Below are positions 20,344 to 29,628 of a stretch of DNA of 64,000 nucleotides, piece after piece. The notes beneath the pieces were generated by a model. It was not told the origin of the DNA. It searched no databases and saw only the letters and a program-made list of their open reading frames with translations. Source of the stretch: Deinococcota bacterium (GTDB lineage: Bacteria > Deinococcota > Deinococci > Deinococcales > Thermaceae); the NCBI GenBank assembly GCA_041695225.1, contig JBGFRI010000046.1, positions 1-64,000 on the forward strand, written 5' to 3'. Positions within the stretch are counted from its first letter, which is position 1. Every line of letters begins with the position of its first letter. The position numbers and the translations under genes were made by a program.

Positions 20344-21630
20344 ATGAATAAACCCCCAGAAGTTGAAGCTCATATACCGGTGCACACTGAGCCAAGCGCA
20401 AGCCTGGCCAAAGCAGACGCCCACGCCGAGGCTAAAAAGCAGCGATCCGTTACGCCAGACTACATGTTCTTTGAAGCACCCCGAACGCGCGAATTTATTA
20501 CCGGTAGCGAAGCCGCTAAGGAGGCGATACGTCGTTCGAATGTGGATTTTTCGGTGGCCTACCCCATCTCGCCACAAAGTGAGACCATGCAGCTGGTGGG
20601 TGTGTTGTATGGCGAGGGTTACGTCAAGGAATACTACCGTGGCGAAGAAGAATACGGTGTAATGTCGGCGATCGCAGGCGCATCTCGGGCTGGAGTTCGC
20701 TGCTTTACCGCCACTGCGGGGCCAGGTACCTTGCGTAGCATCGAGGCTATTGCGTCTTGGCCGGGCCATCGGCTGCCTGCGGTAATCTTGTTTACCTGCC
20801 GGGTGGTGAACGCCCCCCTGGCCATTCAGCCAGATAACATAGAGATTACTTATCTGCTTAATTGCGGGATGGTACTCTTACATGCCGAAAACCAGCAAGA
20901 CATGTTCGATTTCATCATGAAAGGTTTCATCATCAGCGAAATGAACGATGTCACCCTGCCGGTTGGGGTGGCCTGTGATGGGTTTTTTGTAACCCACGCC
21001 CGCGGATATGTGGACATGCCCGATCGTAGTCTCAAACTTCCGCCACGCGAAGCCTGGGGCGGGGCAGTTCCGGTGCTGGATGCAGAAAACCCCCCAGCCC
21101 GACTCTCCCGCGATGCCCCGGTGCAAAAGTCCAACTTTATGGCTTACAACATTCACGCGGTCTGGCAGCAAGAAGTCTGGGCGGCAGTCGAGCGCTCACG
21201 CAAATACATTCACAAGTATCTGGGCGGCCTGTGCGAAGAGGAAAACACCTCTGAGGCCGATGTCGTCCTTATTGCATCTGGTAGCGCAGTTGCCCAGTCA
21301 CGCGAGGCCATCAGAATCTGCGCCGAACGAGGCATCAAGGTTGGACTAATCAAAATTCTCTCGCTGCGCCCGTTCCCCTACGAGGAATTGAGACAGCTCT
21401 GCGCGCGGACCAAAATAATCGTTGTACCAGAGTTCAATTATGTGGGATGGCTGGCTAAAGAAGTTGCCACTGCACTTTATGGTTTTACCAAAGCCAAGAT
21501 CATTGCGGGGCCTCGAGTATACGGCGGGCAGTCCATGCCGGTAGCACTCATAGTTGACGAAGTGGAAGCGGCGCTGGCCGGGAAAAAGTCTGGTAATGTT
21601 CCAAGTAGCCAGATCATGGGTATGGACTAG
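20344..21630 (+). CDS. forA: Five-subunit 2-oxoacid:ferredoxin oxidoreductase, alpha subunit
   Basis: TGSEA, YPISPQSE, TATAGPG, DGFFVTH, transketolase-like C-terminal domain. Confidence 0.85.
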   Translation: MNKPPEVEAHIPVHTEPSASLAKADAHAEAKKQRSVTPDYMFFEAPRTREFITGSEAAKEAIRRSNVDFSVAYPISPQSETMQLVGVLYGEGYVKEYYRGEEEYGVMSAIAGASRAGVRCFTATAGPGTLRSIEAIASWPGHRLPAVILFTCRVVNAPLAIQPDNIEITYLLNCGMVLLHAENQQDMFDFIMKGFIISEMNDVTLPVGVACDGFFVTHARGYVDMPDRSLKLPPREAWGGAVPVLDAENPPARLSRDAPVQKSNFMAYNIHAVWQQEVWAAVERSRKYIHKYLGGLCEEENTSEADVVLIASGSAVAQSREAIRICAERGIKVGLIKILSLRPFPYEELRQLCARTKIIVVPEFNYVGWLAKEVATALYGFTKAKIIAGPRVYGGQSMPVALIVDEVEAALAGKKSGNVPSSQIMGMD

Positions 21631-21639
21631 CCACAACCC

Positions 21640-21665
21640 TGACTGGCCGCCGGCCTGGTTTTTTG
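21640..21665 (+). terminator. Probable intrinsic terminator after forA
   Basis: GC-rich imperfect hairpin actggccgccggcctggt followed by a T run. Confidence 0.5.
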
Positions 21666-21848
21666 TATGGACCAGCCAAACCCTTGGGTGCGTGAGCGCC
21701 TCGCCACAGTGAACCGAAGTGTCATGCCGGTTTAGAGCAAGAGGGGTGTCCTGGTAGCTTGAAGAAGGCTGCCAGCAAATTCCGGGCTGGCTGCATGACC
21801 AGGTTACAAGGTACTGCGGGTGGGGTAGGTATTGGCGCAGCCTAAGCG

Positions 21849-21913
21849 GTCTGGATCGAAAGTTCGGTCTCACACCGCAGATCACAGGCCGCAAAGGAAA
21901 GAAACACTCGTCA
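21849..21913. repeat. Dispersed element, copy B (internally deleted)
   Basis: GTCTGGATCGAAAGTTCGG..GCCGCAAAGGAAAGAAACACTCGTCA. Confidence 0.65.
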
Positions 21914-22155
21914 TGGTATTTGTAGCAAAGGCCACCGAGGACAGAGATAACCCCCGCATGCTAAAGCACCCACCCCACCAGGTGCCTTGCTACACAGCTT
22001 TTGACCTATCCTCGACTGTCAACCCGGCTACACTCCAAAAAGAGATGGCCGGCACACTGGCAACAGTCGTTCAGGCGTCAGTAGCCGCAGAGCATCCAAA
22101 AAGGAGCTTTAATGCATAGTGTGCTTTGGATTCCGGTATAAGCTGGTCAGTGACT

Positions 22156-23997
22156 ATGAACATCCCAGATCTGCAACGGGAGAGAGTCGTCACCTTGCGT
22201 CAACCAATCATAAACGACTTCTCTATAGTAGTAGCCACAGTTAACGGGACCGGCAGCCAGACCGCAAACCTCACCTTGTTGCGGTCTTTCTTTAAACTAG
22301 GCATTCCCGTCCACGGAAAGAACATATTCCCTTCCAACATTCAGGGTCTGCCCACCTGGTACCACATTCGGGTTAGCCACCAGGGTTACATCGCCCGCCG
22401 CCCTTCCGAAATTCTGGTAGCCTTCAACCCTGCCACGGCCCACCAGGACGTGCTGGACCTCCCTAGCGGTGGGGTCTGCATCTGCAATGCCGACCTCAAG
22501 CACCTGCCCCAGCGCGACGATCTGGTCTACTACCGGGTTCCGGTGGGTGAGCTAACCGCCGGTATTGATGTACCCGTCAAGCGCAAACCCTACATCGCCA
22601 ACATGGTTTATGTCGGCGTTGTGGCCTGGATGTTAAAAGCGCCGTTGGAGGTGATAGAAGAAGCCCTGGGAGCACAGTTTGGCTATCGCCAGAAGCTGGT
22701 AGAAAACAACCTGCAGGTAGTACGCCGGGCCTACAACTGGGCCTGCGAAAACCTGACCAAACACGACCCCTTCCACCTCGAGTCCATGAGCCAGACCGAA
22801 GGGCTTGTGCTCATGACCGGCAACGAGGCCGGCGCCCTGGGAGCGGTGTTTGGGGGGGTTAGCCTGGCGGCCTGGTATCCCATCACCCCTTCCACCAGCT
22901 TTATGGATGCCCTGCGCGAGTATCTGCCCAGGCTACGCAGGGATCAAAACGGCAGACCTACCTATACCGTTATCCAGGCCGAAGACGAACTGGCCGCCGC
23001 AGGCATGATCCTGGGCGCCGGTTGGGCTGGGGCCAGGGCCGTTACCTCCACCAGCGGCCCTGGCGTCAGCCTGATGGCCGAGTTCGTCAGCTATGGCTAC
23101 TTTACCGAAATTCCCGCGGTAATCTGGGACATCCAGCGGGTAGGCCCCAGCACCGGCCTGCCCACCCGCACCAGCCAGGGAGACGTCTCCTTTGCCTACA
23201 CCCTGGGCCACGGCGACACCAAGCACCCGGTTCTGTTCCCCTCCTCAATTGAAGAGTGCTTCGAGTTCGGCTGGAAGTCGTTTGATCTGGCCGAGCAGCT
23301 CCAGACCCCGGTATTTGTGCTCTCCGACTTGGACCTGGGTATGAACAACTGGATGGGCAAACCCTTCGACTACCCTGACCAGCCATTGCAGCGCGGCAAG
23401 GTCTTGAGCGCGCAGCAGTTAGAGGCCCTGGGCGGTTTCGCCCGCTACAAGGACGTAGACGGCGACGGCATCCCCTACCGCACCCTGCCGGGCACCAACC
23501 ACCCTCTGGCGGCCTACTTCACCCGTGGCAGCGGCCACAACGAAAAAGCCCAGTACAGCGAACGGGCCGAGGACTTGCTGAACAGCTTTGCGCGTCTTGC
23601 GCGCAAGTTCGAGACCGCACGCAGTCTAGTACCTGCTCCCGCCGCTCTGCTAAACCCCGTGGCCAGGGTGGGCATCATTGCTTACGGCACCACCCGTTAT
23701 GCCATCGAAGAAGCCCGGGACCATCTGGCCCAGCGCCTCCCGACCAGTTTTTTGCGCCTTCGCGCCCTGCCCATAAACCACGTGGTGCGCGATTTTGTGG
23801 CGGCCCACCAGCGGGTCTATGTCATCGAACTCAACCGCGACGGGCAGATGCACGCCATCCTGCAAAACGAATTGTCGGAGTATGCCAGCAAGCTGTATTC
23901 CATCGCCCATCTGGATGGACTGCCTCTCACCGCACGCTGGGTTGAAGACAGACTGCTGAGGGAAGAGGCCGGTAGCAGATCCCACAAGGAAGTTTGA
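22156..23997 (+). CDS. korA: Two-subunit 2-oxoacid:ferredoxin oxidoreductase, alpha (gamma-alpha fusion)
   Basis: NGTGSQT N-terminal gamma domain, GNEA, YPITP, QAEDE, TSGPG, QRVGPSTGLPT; exact start uncertain. Confidence 0.9.
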   Translation: MNIPDLQRERVVTLRQPIINDFSIVVATVNGTGSQTANLTLLRSFFKLGIPVHGKNIFPSNIQGLPTWYHIRVSHQGYIARRPSEILVAFNPATAHQDVLDLPSGGVCICNADLKHLPQRDDLVYYRVPVGELTAGIDVPVKRKPYIANMVYVGVVAWMLKAPLEVIEEALGAQFGYRQKLVENNLQVVRRAYNWACENLTKHDPFHLESMSQTEGLVLMTGNEAGALGAVFGGVSLAAWYPITPSTSFMDALREYLPRLRRDQNGRPTYTVIQAEDELAAAGMILGAGWAGARAVTSTSGPGVSLMAEFVSYGYFTEIPAVIWDIQRVGPSTGLPTRTSQGDVSFAYTLGHGDTKHPVLFPSSIEECFEFGWKSFDLAEQLQTPVFVLSDLDLGMNNWMGKPFDYPDQPLQRGKVLSAQQLEALGGFARYKDVDGDGIPYRTLPGTNHPLAAYFTRGSGHNEKAQYSERAEDLLNSFARLARKFETARSLVPAPAALLNPVARVGIIAYGTTRYAIEEARDHLAQRLPTSFLRLRALPINHVVRDFVAAHQRVYVIELNRDGQMHAILQNELSEYASKLYSIAHLDGLPLTARWVEDRLLREEAGSRSHKEV

Positions 23998-23998
23998 T

Positions 23999-25051
23999 AT
24001 GGAAAACCCCACCCCCCTCGACCGCGCTCAGCCCACAAAAACCAATGCCATTGGGCTGAGCAAAAAAGACTACGATGGCGCACCCAGCACACTGTGCAAG
24101 GGCTGCGGACACAACTCCATCGCCAGCCAGATTGTGCAGATCGGCTTCGAGCTAAACCTGCGGCCCCACCAGGTCATCAAACTCTCGGGCATCGGCTGCT
24201 CTTCCAAATCGCCGGGCTACTTTTGGGGCATGTCCCACGGCTTCAATGCCCTGCACGGGCGGATGCCCAGCGTGAGCACCGGCGCGCTAATGGCCAACCA
24301 TTCCTTGCGAGCGATTGGGGTCTCGGGCGATGGCGATACCGGCAGCATCGGGATGGGCCAGTTCAAGCATCTGATCCGGCGTAACGTGAGAATGGTCTAC
24401 ATCGTGGAAAACAACGGGGTGTATGGCCTGACCAAGGGGCAGTTTTCGGCCACTGCCGAAGAAGGGCTGCAACTCAAATACGCTGGCCAGAACGAGTTCC
24501 CCCCCATAGACCTGTGCATGGAGGCCATCATCGCCGGGTGCGGCTTTGTGGCCCGTAGCTTTGCGGGCGACGCCAAACAGGTGCGGGAGCTGGTCAAGGC
24601 CGCTCTTTCGCACCGGGGCACCGCGGTGCTGGACATCATCAGCCCCTGCGTGGCCTTTAACAACGAGGACGACAGCCCAAAAAGCTACGGTTACGGCACC
24701 AAACACGAGAAGCCCCTGCACGAGCTGGGCTTTATTCCCCATGCGGAGGAGATCTCCATAGAGCCAATGGCGCCTGGTGAGTTCCGCCTGGTTCGGCTGC
24801 ACGACGGCTCACACATCAGCCTGCGCAATCTCGACTCGGCCTACGACCCTACCAACATACTAGCTGCGCTCGAGCGCTTGCAGCGTGCCCAGGAGACCAG
24901 GGAATTCATCACTGGCCTGATCTACTACAACCCCGACCGACCCAGCCTAGCCGAGGTCGAGGGATTGGACACGCCATTAGCGCTACTCTCACCCGAGCAA
25001 CTTCGCCCCAGCAAAGCGGTACTGGAGCAGTTTTTGCAGAGCTACCGCTGA
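23999..25051 (+). CDS. korB: Two-subunit 2-oxoacid:ferredoxin oxidoreductase, beta
   Basis: CKGCG, SGIGCS, HGR, GDGD..NNGVYGLTKGQ, SPC. Confidence 0.92.
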   Translation: MENPTPLDRAQPTKTNAIGLSKKDYDGAPSTLCKGCGHNSIASQIVQIGFELNLRPHQVIKLSGIGCSSKSPGYFWGMSHGFNALHGRMPSVSTGALMANHSLRAIGVSGDGDTGSIGMGQFKHLIRRNVRMVYIVENNGVYGLTKGQFSATAEEGLQLKYAGQNEFPPIDLCMEAIIAGCGFVARSFAGDAKQVRELVKAALSHRGTAVLDIISPCVAFNNEDDSPKSYGYGTKHEKPLHELGFIPHAEEISIEPMAPGEFRLVRLHDGSHISLRNLDSAYDPTNILAALERLQRAQETREFITGLIYYNPDRPSLAEVEGLDTPLALLSPEQLRPSKAVLEQFLQSYR

Positions 25052-25116
25052 AGACCACAAGTGTAGGCGGCCAGCTCAACCAGCTGCGGCGCAAACAGGG
25101 CCGATTACGGCCTGTC

Positions 25117-26109
25117 CTATCTAAGGGCGGGGCCCAGGATATGAGCCATCGAATAGTAAAGCGGTATTCCAATGGTCACGTTGAACGGAAACGTTAGCGC
25201 CAGCGCCGAAGTGAGCGAAAGAGACGGGTTTGCCTCGGGGATGGCGGCCCGCATTGCCGCTGGGGCTGAAATATAGGAGGCGCTGCCGGCCATAACGCCT
25301 AACATGGTGGCCCCACCGGGGCTAAGCCCGACCAGGGTGCCCACGAGTACCCCGGCCAGGCCGTTGACTAGTGGCATGGTAATCCCGAAAGCCAGCAGCC
25401 GGACGCCGACCACTTTCCACTCACTTAGCCTCGAGGCCGCAACCAACCCCATGTCTAACAGGAAGAGGCTCAATACCCCCGCGAACATGCCGTCATAGAA
25501 AGGCATTACCGTCTTTGTCCCGGTGTAACCGGCGATGTAGCCTATAACCAGACTACCTCCTAAAAGCATCACCGCCCTACCACGAACAGCATCCTTCAGA
25601 AGGCCCAGCTTGTTCAACTGCACATCGGCGCCCAGGTTGGCTTTTGCCAGTGCGTAGCGGGTTAGGAATATGGCGGCGATGATGGCTGGGCTATCCATCA
25701 AAGGATAAAGCGCGGGTATGAAGGCTTCAAAAGATGTGCCTCGTTTCTCTAAAAAGGCAAACCCGGCAACCATGGTCGCAGCGCTCACAGCGCCGTAGTG
25801 ACCAGCAATAGCGCCAGCGTTGGCGATATCGAATTTCAACCTGGTCAGTACCGTGAATCCGAGCAACACTATACCTATACCCAGCATGGCGGCTGCCAGG
25901 GCCGGCGCCCACACCACTGATATGCCGGCTTTGGCAATACCTACGCCGCCTTCTAGACCAATGGCGGTAAGTAAGAAGAGCAGCATGGCAGTGCTCATGT
26001 CTGCTGGGATCCTCAAGTCGGATCTGACCAGTCCCGCAACCAGTCCTAGAGCAAAGAAGAGTATGGGTAACGAAGAGATTTGTCCCAGGATTATGCCTAT
26101 TACTTCCAT
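25117..26109 (-). CDS. sbtA: Sodium-dependent bicarbonate transporter, SbtA family
   Basis: PILFF.LG..SDL.IP, IGLEGG, AGHYGAVSA, SASYI.APAA, LALTFPFN..IGIPLY; GGAGG RBS before ATG 26109. Confidence 0.88.
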   Translation of the reverse strand: MEVIGIILGQISSLPILFFALGLVAGLVRSDLRIPADMSTAMLLFLLTAIGLEGGVGIAKAGISVVWAPALAAAMLGIGIVLLGFTVLTRLKFDIANAGAIAGHYGAVSAATMVAGFAFLEKRGTSFEAFIPALYPLMDSPAIIAAIFLTRYALAKANLGADVQLNKLGLLKDAVRGRAVMLLGGSLVIGYIAGYTGTKTVMPFYDGMFAGVLSLFLLDMGLVAASRLSEWKVVGVRLLAFGITMPLVNGLAGVLVGTLVGLSPGGATMLGVMAGSASYISAPAAMRAAIPEANPSLSLTSALALTFPFNVTIGIPLYYSMAHILGPALR

Positions 26110-26359
26110 TAGCTTGGCCTCCGGTATTTTCGACTTTTCATCGTCATAAAACATACTCCATAAACAAAATCTCGCCAATCGGACGAATATACTTGTTTCT
26201 CTGGTAGCTTGATGGGGAAAACACAATTTGGAACAGGCTGGTAAAGATGGCAGGCCACGGTAGATTACTAGCGCAAACCTGGATCTAACGGCAATAACCA
26301 GGCACATGGCCACAAGACCAGCCCTCTACGGGTCGTTGTGACAGCTAATGCTTTATGTG

Positions 26360-26962
26360 CTATCGCAGTACAGCCCGGACCGGCGAGGCATCGGCGCCCT
26401 CAATGCGCAATGGTAATGCGATCAGCTCGTACTCGCCGGCCGGAACACCATCCAGGGCTAGTCCCTCCAGGATGTGGACCCCGGCCCTGGCAAAGGCCTT
26501 GTGTCCGGGCAGGTCCTTGGAGTTGAGGTCGTCTACACTGGGGCAGTCGGTACCGTAGAGCCTTACCCCCTGGCCGGCCATATAGGCGGCGGCTTCGGGT
26601 AACACCTGCATAAAGGTGTGGGGAAAGGTATGCCAGTGGTTTGGCTGACCGGTGAAAAGCAGGGTGCGCTCGGCCAGCCGGACCGTTTGAAGAAACTCCG
26701 GTGTGAGTATGTTTTGCCCGCGGGCATCTACCACCCGGCAAGGGCCAATTAGCGCCGAGAGCGGAACCGTATCTAGCCTCGCCCCGTCAACCAGAAAGTG
26801 CCAGGGTGCGTCGAGGTGGGTGCCCAGGTGAGTGGTGGTGGAAATTTTGCCCACGTTCACACTGTCTCCGCTGGAAATTTGCCAGACCAGCTGGTAGCTA
26901 TACGGGGTATCTCCTGGCCATACCGGGACCCCAGGGTAGATGCGGCGGGTGATGTCTATCAT
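26360..26962 (-). CDS. kynB: Cyclase family protein (kynurenine formamidase-like)
   Basis: HLGTHLDAPWH motif, PVWPGD, GADASPVRAV; ATGA overlap with mqnB. Confidence 0.8.
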   Translation of the reverse strand: MIDITRRIYPGVPVWPGDTPYSYQLVWQISSGDSVNVGKISTTTHLGTHLDAPWHFLVDGARLDTVPLSALIGPCRVVDARGQNILTPEFLQTVRLAERTLLFTGQPNHWHTFPHTFMQVLPEAAAYMAGQGVRLYGTDCPSVDDLNSKDLPGHKAFARAGVHILEGLALDGVPAGEYELIALPLRIEGADASPVRAVLR

Positions 26963-27618
26963 GACTCGATGATACGCAAAATGTGTTGCTCGAGGCTCTC
27001 GACGGCCTGTTTTATGCGCCACTGCGCTTTGTCGCGTATGCCCGCCATGTTGGACACCGAACGCAGCTCGGCGCCGGCCAGACCCCGCCATAAGCAGGTC
27101 TGGGCAAAGGCCGCACCCTCCATGTTCTCGAGGTGGGCCTCCCATTTGCGCGCGAGCTGCATGGCCTCGGTGGGGTTTTCCGATACCAGGTCGCGGGTGA
27201 GGAAGTATCTGCGGGGCAGGCTCAGTTTGGTCTCGAGCTCCCGTGTAAAAGCCCGGTCTAGCGGAAAGCGGTTGTGAAAACGCTCTGATCCCAAGACCAG
27301 GGAAGGGAAGCCCAGACCCTTTATGCCGCCATCCCGGATGCCCAGGTCGGCCTGGATTTCCTTCTCGGCGAGCGCGGCCTCGCCGATCTGCAAGCCGGAG
27401 TCTGCATACGCACCCGCAATACCAAAGAGGAGCGCGCGTTCTATCTTGCGCCGCTGCGCAAAGGCTGCCAGGGTTGCAGCGGTGTTGGCTTTACCTATGC
27501 CTGACTCGAGCCAGACCCAGCCCTCGCCGCGAAGCCCAGCCCGCCCATAAAACTCGAATTTCCGGCCCTGCAAAAAGGCCGCCTCGAATCGGGTTGGACT
27601 CAGCAACAAAAGACGCAT
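26959..27618 (-). CDS. mqnB: Futalosine hydrolase
   Basis: PNP/MTAN fold: SGIGKAN, GIAGAY, ENMEGAA, ELRSVSN..RDK..W. Confidence 0.85.
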   Translation of the reverse strand: MRLLLLSPTRFEAAFLQGRKFEFYGRAGLRGEGWVWLESGIGKANTAATLAAFAQRRKIERALLFGIAGAYADSGLQIGEAALAEKEIQADLGIRDGGIKGLGFPSLVLGSERFHNRFPLDRAFTRELETKLSLPRRYFLTRDLVSENPTEAMQLARKWEAHLENMEGAAFAQTCLWRGLAGAELRSVSNMAGIRDKAQWRIKQAVESLEQHILRIIES

Positions 27619-27732
27619 GGGTTAGTCCTTGAACGCCGTGATAAGAATACCCCCTTCACCAAAAATCCAGAGGTTGCTGCCTCTAACAACCAGACCAGCC
27701 GGGTAAACGTTATATAAGCATAGCAGCCAGTC

Positions 27733-29403
27733 TCAGTCCACCACCCTAAAACCCAGGGCTTCGGCCCGCTCTACAAAGAATTGAATGTTCTCGCTTTTGG
27801 TCTCGCCCCCAAGGCTCTTGCGCCCATAGGCTTTTTCTGCGGCCAGGATCATGGTCTCGGCCAGACAGGCCGGGACAGCTCCTTGGCCAAAGTGCAGGTT
27901 CAGGTTGCCGGTCATGGCGCCCGGTGGCCGCACCACTCCGCCTGGAATCACCCGCACACCCGGCACACTTTTTACCGACTCGTCCACGTCGGGCGGCACC
28001 CCTTCGTCGTAGATCCAGGCGCCAGGCTTAACATGTTCGGCAAAAATTATGGGGGCGGGGTCGGAAGTGGCGCTGAAAACCAGGTCGGCCTGTTTGATGG
28101 CCGAGATCTCCAGGGTGGCTACTAGCTCAGGCGTCGGCTGGGCCCGGCTCTCCAGGTTCTGCCTGAGTGAGGCCACGCTTTTCTCAAGCCGCTCCATGTT
28201 CCGTCCTACCAGAATTAGCCTGCCCACCAGCGGGGCAATCTGTCTGGCAATGCCAAAGGCCACCACACCGTTTGCCCCCACTACGGCAGCGGTGGCCTGG
28301 TTGAGTTGGCGCCCGGACTTCTGGAAATGTGCCAGAATCCCGGGTATAGCGGCCTTTACCGTTCCGGCGGTGTAGCCGCCTCCGTTGGTAACCACGATAT
28401 CTGGTACAGCCTCCTGTACCATGCGACCCTTATCACCCACCACGCTCCAGAAGGCCCCCAGCCCGACCACGGTACAGCCCAGCTCTCTGGCCAGGCGGGC
28501 GCTCTGGATGGCTCGCTGAACAGCCAGTTCGGGATTGCTGCTGATCTGGTGGGGCAGCAGTGGGGCCGAGATCAGATGGCAGCGTATCTCGCGCCCATCG
28601 CTGGTCTTGACCCCGCGCAACTCACCCACCTTCATGGGGCGAAAGGCCTCGGTAAAATTCTCCAGCAGACGTTGGGAGATGATCCCCCGGTCTACCAGCG
28701 GCTTGGCCCAACGAAAGCGGGGGCTCTGAAAGAGGTCATCTACCGTGAGCGGATGAATCACGAATGCACAGACCGCCTGTTTTTCCGATGGAAGCGGCAG
28801 AGGCTCACCTAAGCGGGGCTCGGTGCCCTCGAGTATGCGCCCGATATTCTCCTTGTAGCGCCACAGGGCTGCAAAAAGCAAGGTCCAGGCTGCTAGCCTG
28901 GCCCAGCCCGATACCGGCTCGAAAGTCAACAAAAGCGCCAGCGCTACCGGAATAGACATTGCTGCCAGCGAAACATAGCGACTGAGCAACAGAACTAGAC
29001 CAGCTACCAGCAGGACCAGCAGGGTGAGCAGGTAGGGCAGCCCGCTCAGGTACAGGCCAACCACAATACCCGCCAGCACCCCGGCGCCCCGCCCCCGCAG
29101 AAGTGCTCCCTGGGAAAAAAGCCGGGGAGGGTATAGATGTCCCAGATAGACCAGAAGCGCAAAGATAACTGCCCAGGACAGCCCAAACTGCCCTCCTATC
29201 CATACTGCCAACAGCCCCTTGAGCAGATCCAGACCCCAGGCCAGCAGGGCCGGGCCAGGGCCCAGAAGTTTGAGGGTATTCTCGAGGCCCAGGCTATAGG
29301 CCGAGGCCAGCCTGGGGTCTTGCCCCGCCAGCCGCCGGATGGCCCAGTAGCCCAGTGGCAGCGAGCCGATCAGATAGGCCAGGATTGCCAGTGCGAAGAC
29401 CAT
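27733..29403 (-). CDS. plsY: PlsY glycerol-3-phosphate acyltransferase fused to an acyl-ACP-reductase-like Rossmann domain
   Basis: N-terminal YLIGSLP.G, DLLKG, GHLYP, ENI.RIL.GTE; C-terminal AFVIHP, GLGA, VVGANG, ACLAETM. Confidence 0.8.
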   Translation of the reverse strand: MVFALAILAYLIGSLPLGYWAIRRLAGQDPRLASAYSLGLENTLKLLGPGPALLAWGLDLLKGLLAVWIGGQFGLSWAVIFALLVYLGHLYPPRLFSQGALLRGRGAGVLAGIVVGLYLSGLPYLLTLLVLLVAGLVLLLSRYVSLAAMSIPVALALLLTFEPVSGWARLAAWTLLFAALWRYKENIGRILEGTEPRLGEPLPLPSEKQAVCAFVIHPLTVDDLFQSPRFRWAKPLVDRGIISQRLLENFTEAFRPMKVGELRGVKTSDGREIRCHLISAPLLPHQISSNPELAVQRAIQSARLARELGCTVVGLGAFWSVVGDKGRMVQEAVPDIVVTNGGGYTAGTVKAAIPGILAHFQKSGRQLNQATAAVVGANGVVAFGIARQIAPLVGRLILVGRNMERLEKSVASLRQNLESRAQPTPELVATLEISAIKQADLVFSATSDPAPIIFAEHVKPGAWIYDEGVPPDVDESVKSVPGVRVIPGGVVRPPGAMTGNLNLHFGQGAVPACLAETMILAAEKAYGRKSLGGETKSENIQFFVERAEALGFRVVD

Positions 29404-29628
29404 CGGCTAAACCTTACCAGATTTGAGCAGGTGTGCAGTAGGGCCAACCCTAGCTAGCCCTGGAAAAATTACTCCAGTGGTGTCAGCTGACCTGTCGTCT
29501 GGTTCGGCCTGATGATCGGCTATACCCGCTTAAATGCAGATTTTTACCTCGCTCTGCCGCCATCTAAACGCCTGCCGAAGGTTGGTCTGGCTTTTGTGCG
29601 CCACACACCAACCCAATCTTTTCAGCAG

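Noticed and set aside
21832..22119. 95-aa ORF between forA and korA
   Set aside because: Overlaps a repeat copy, with no motif or RBS support
26110..26313. 68-aa N-terminal extension of SbtA in the ORF track
   Set aside because: RBS and family similarity begin at ATG 26109
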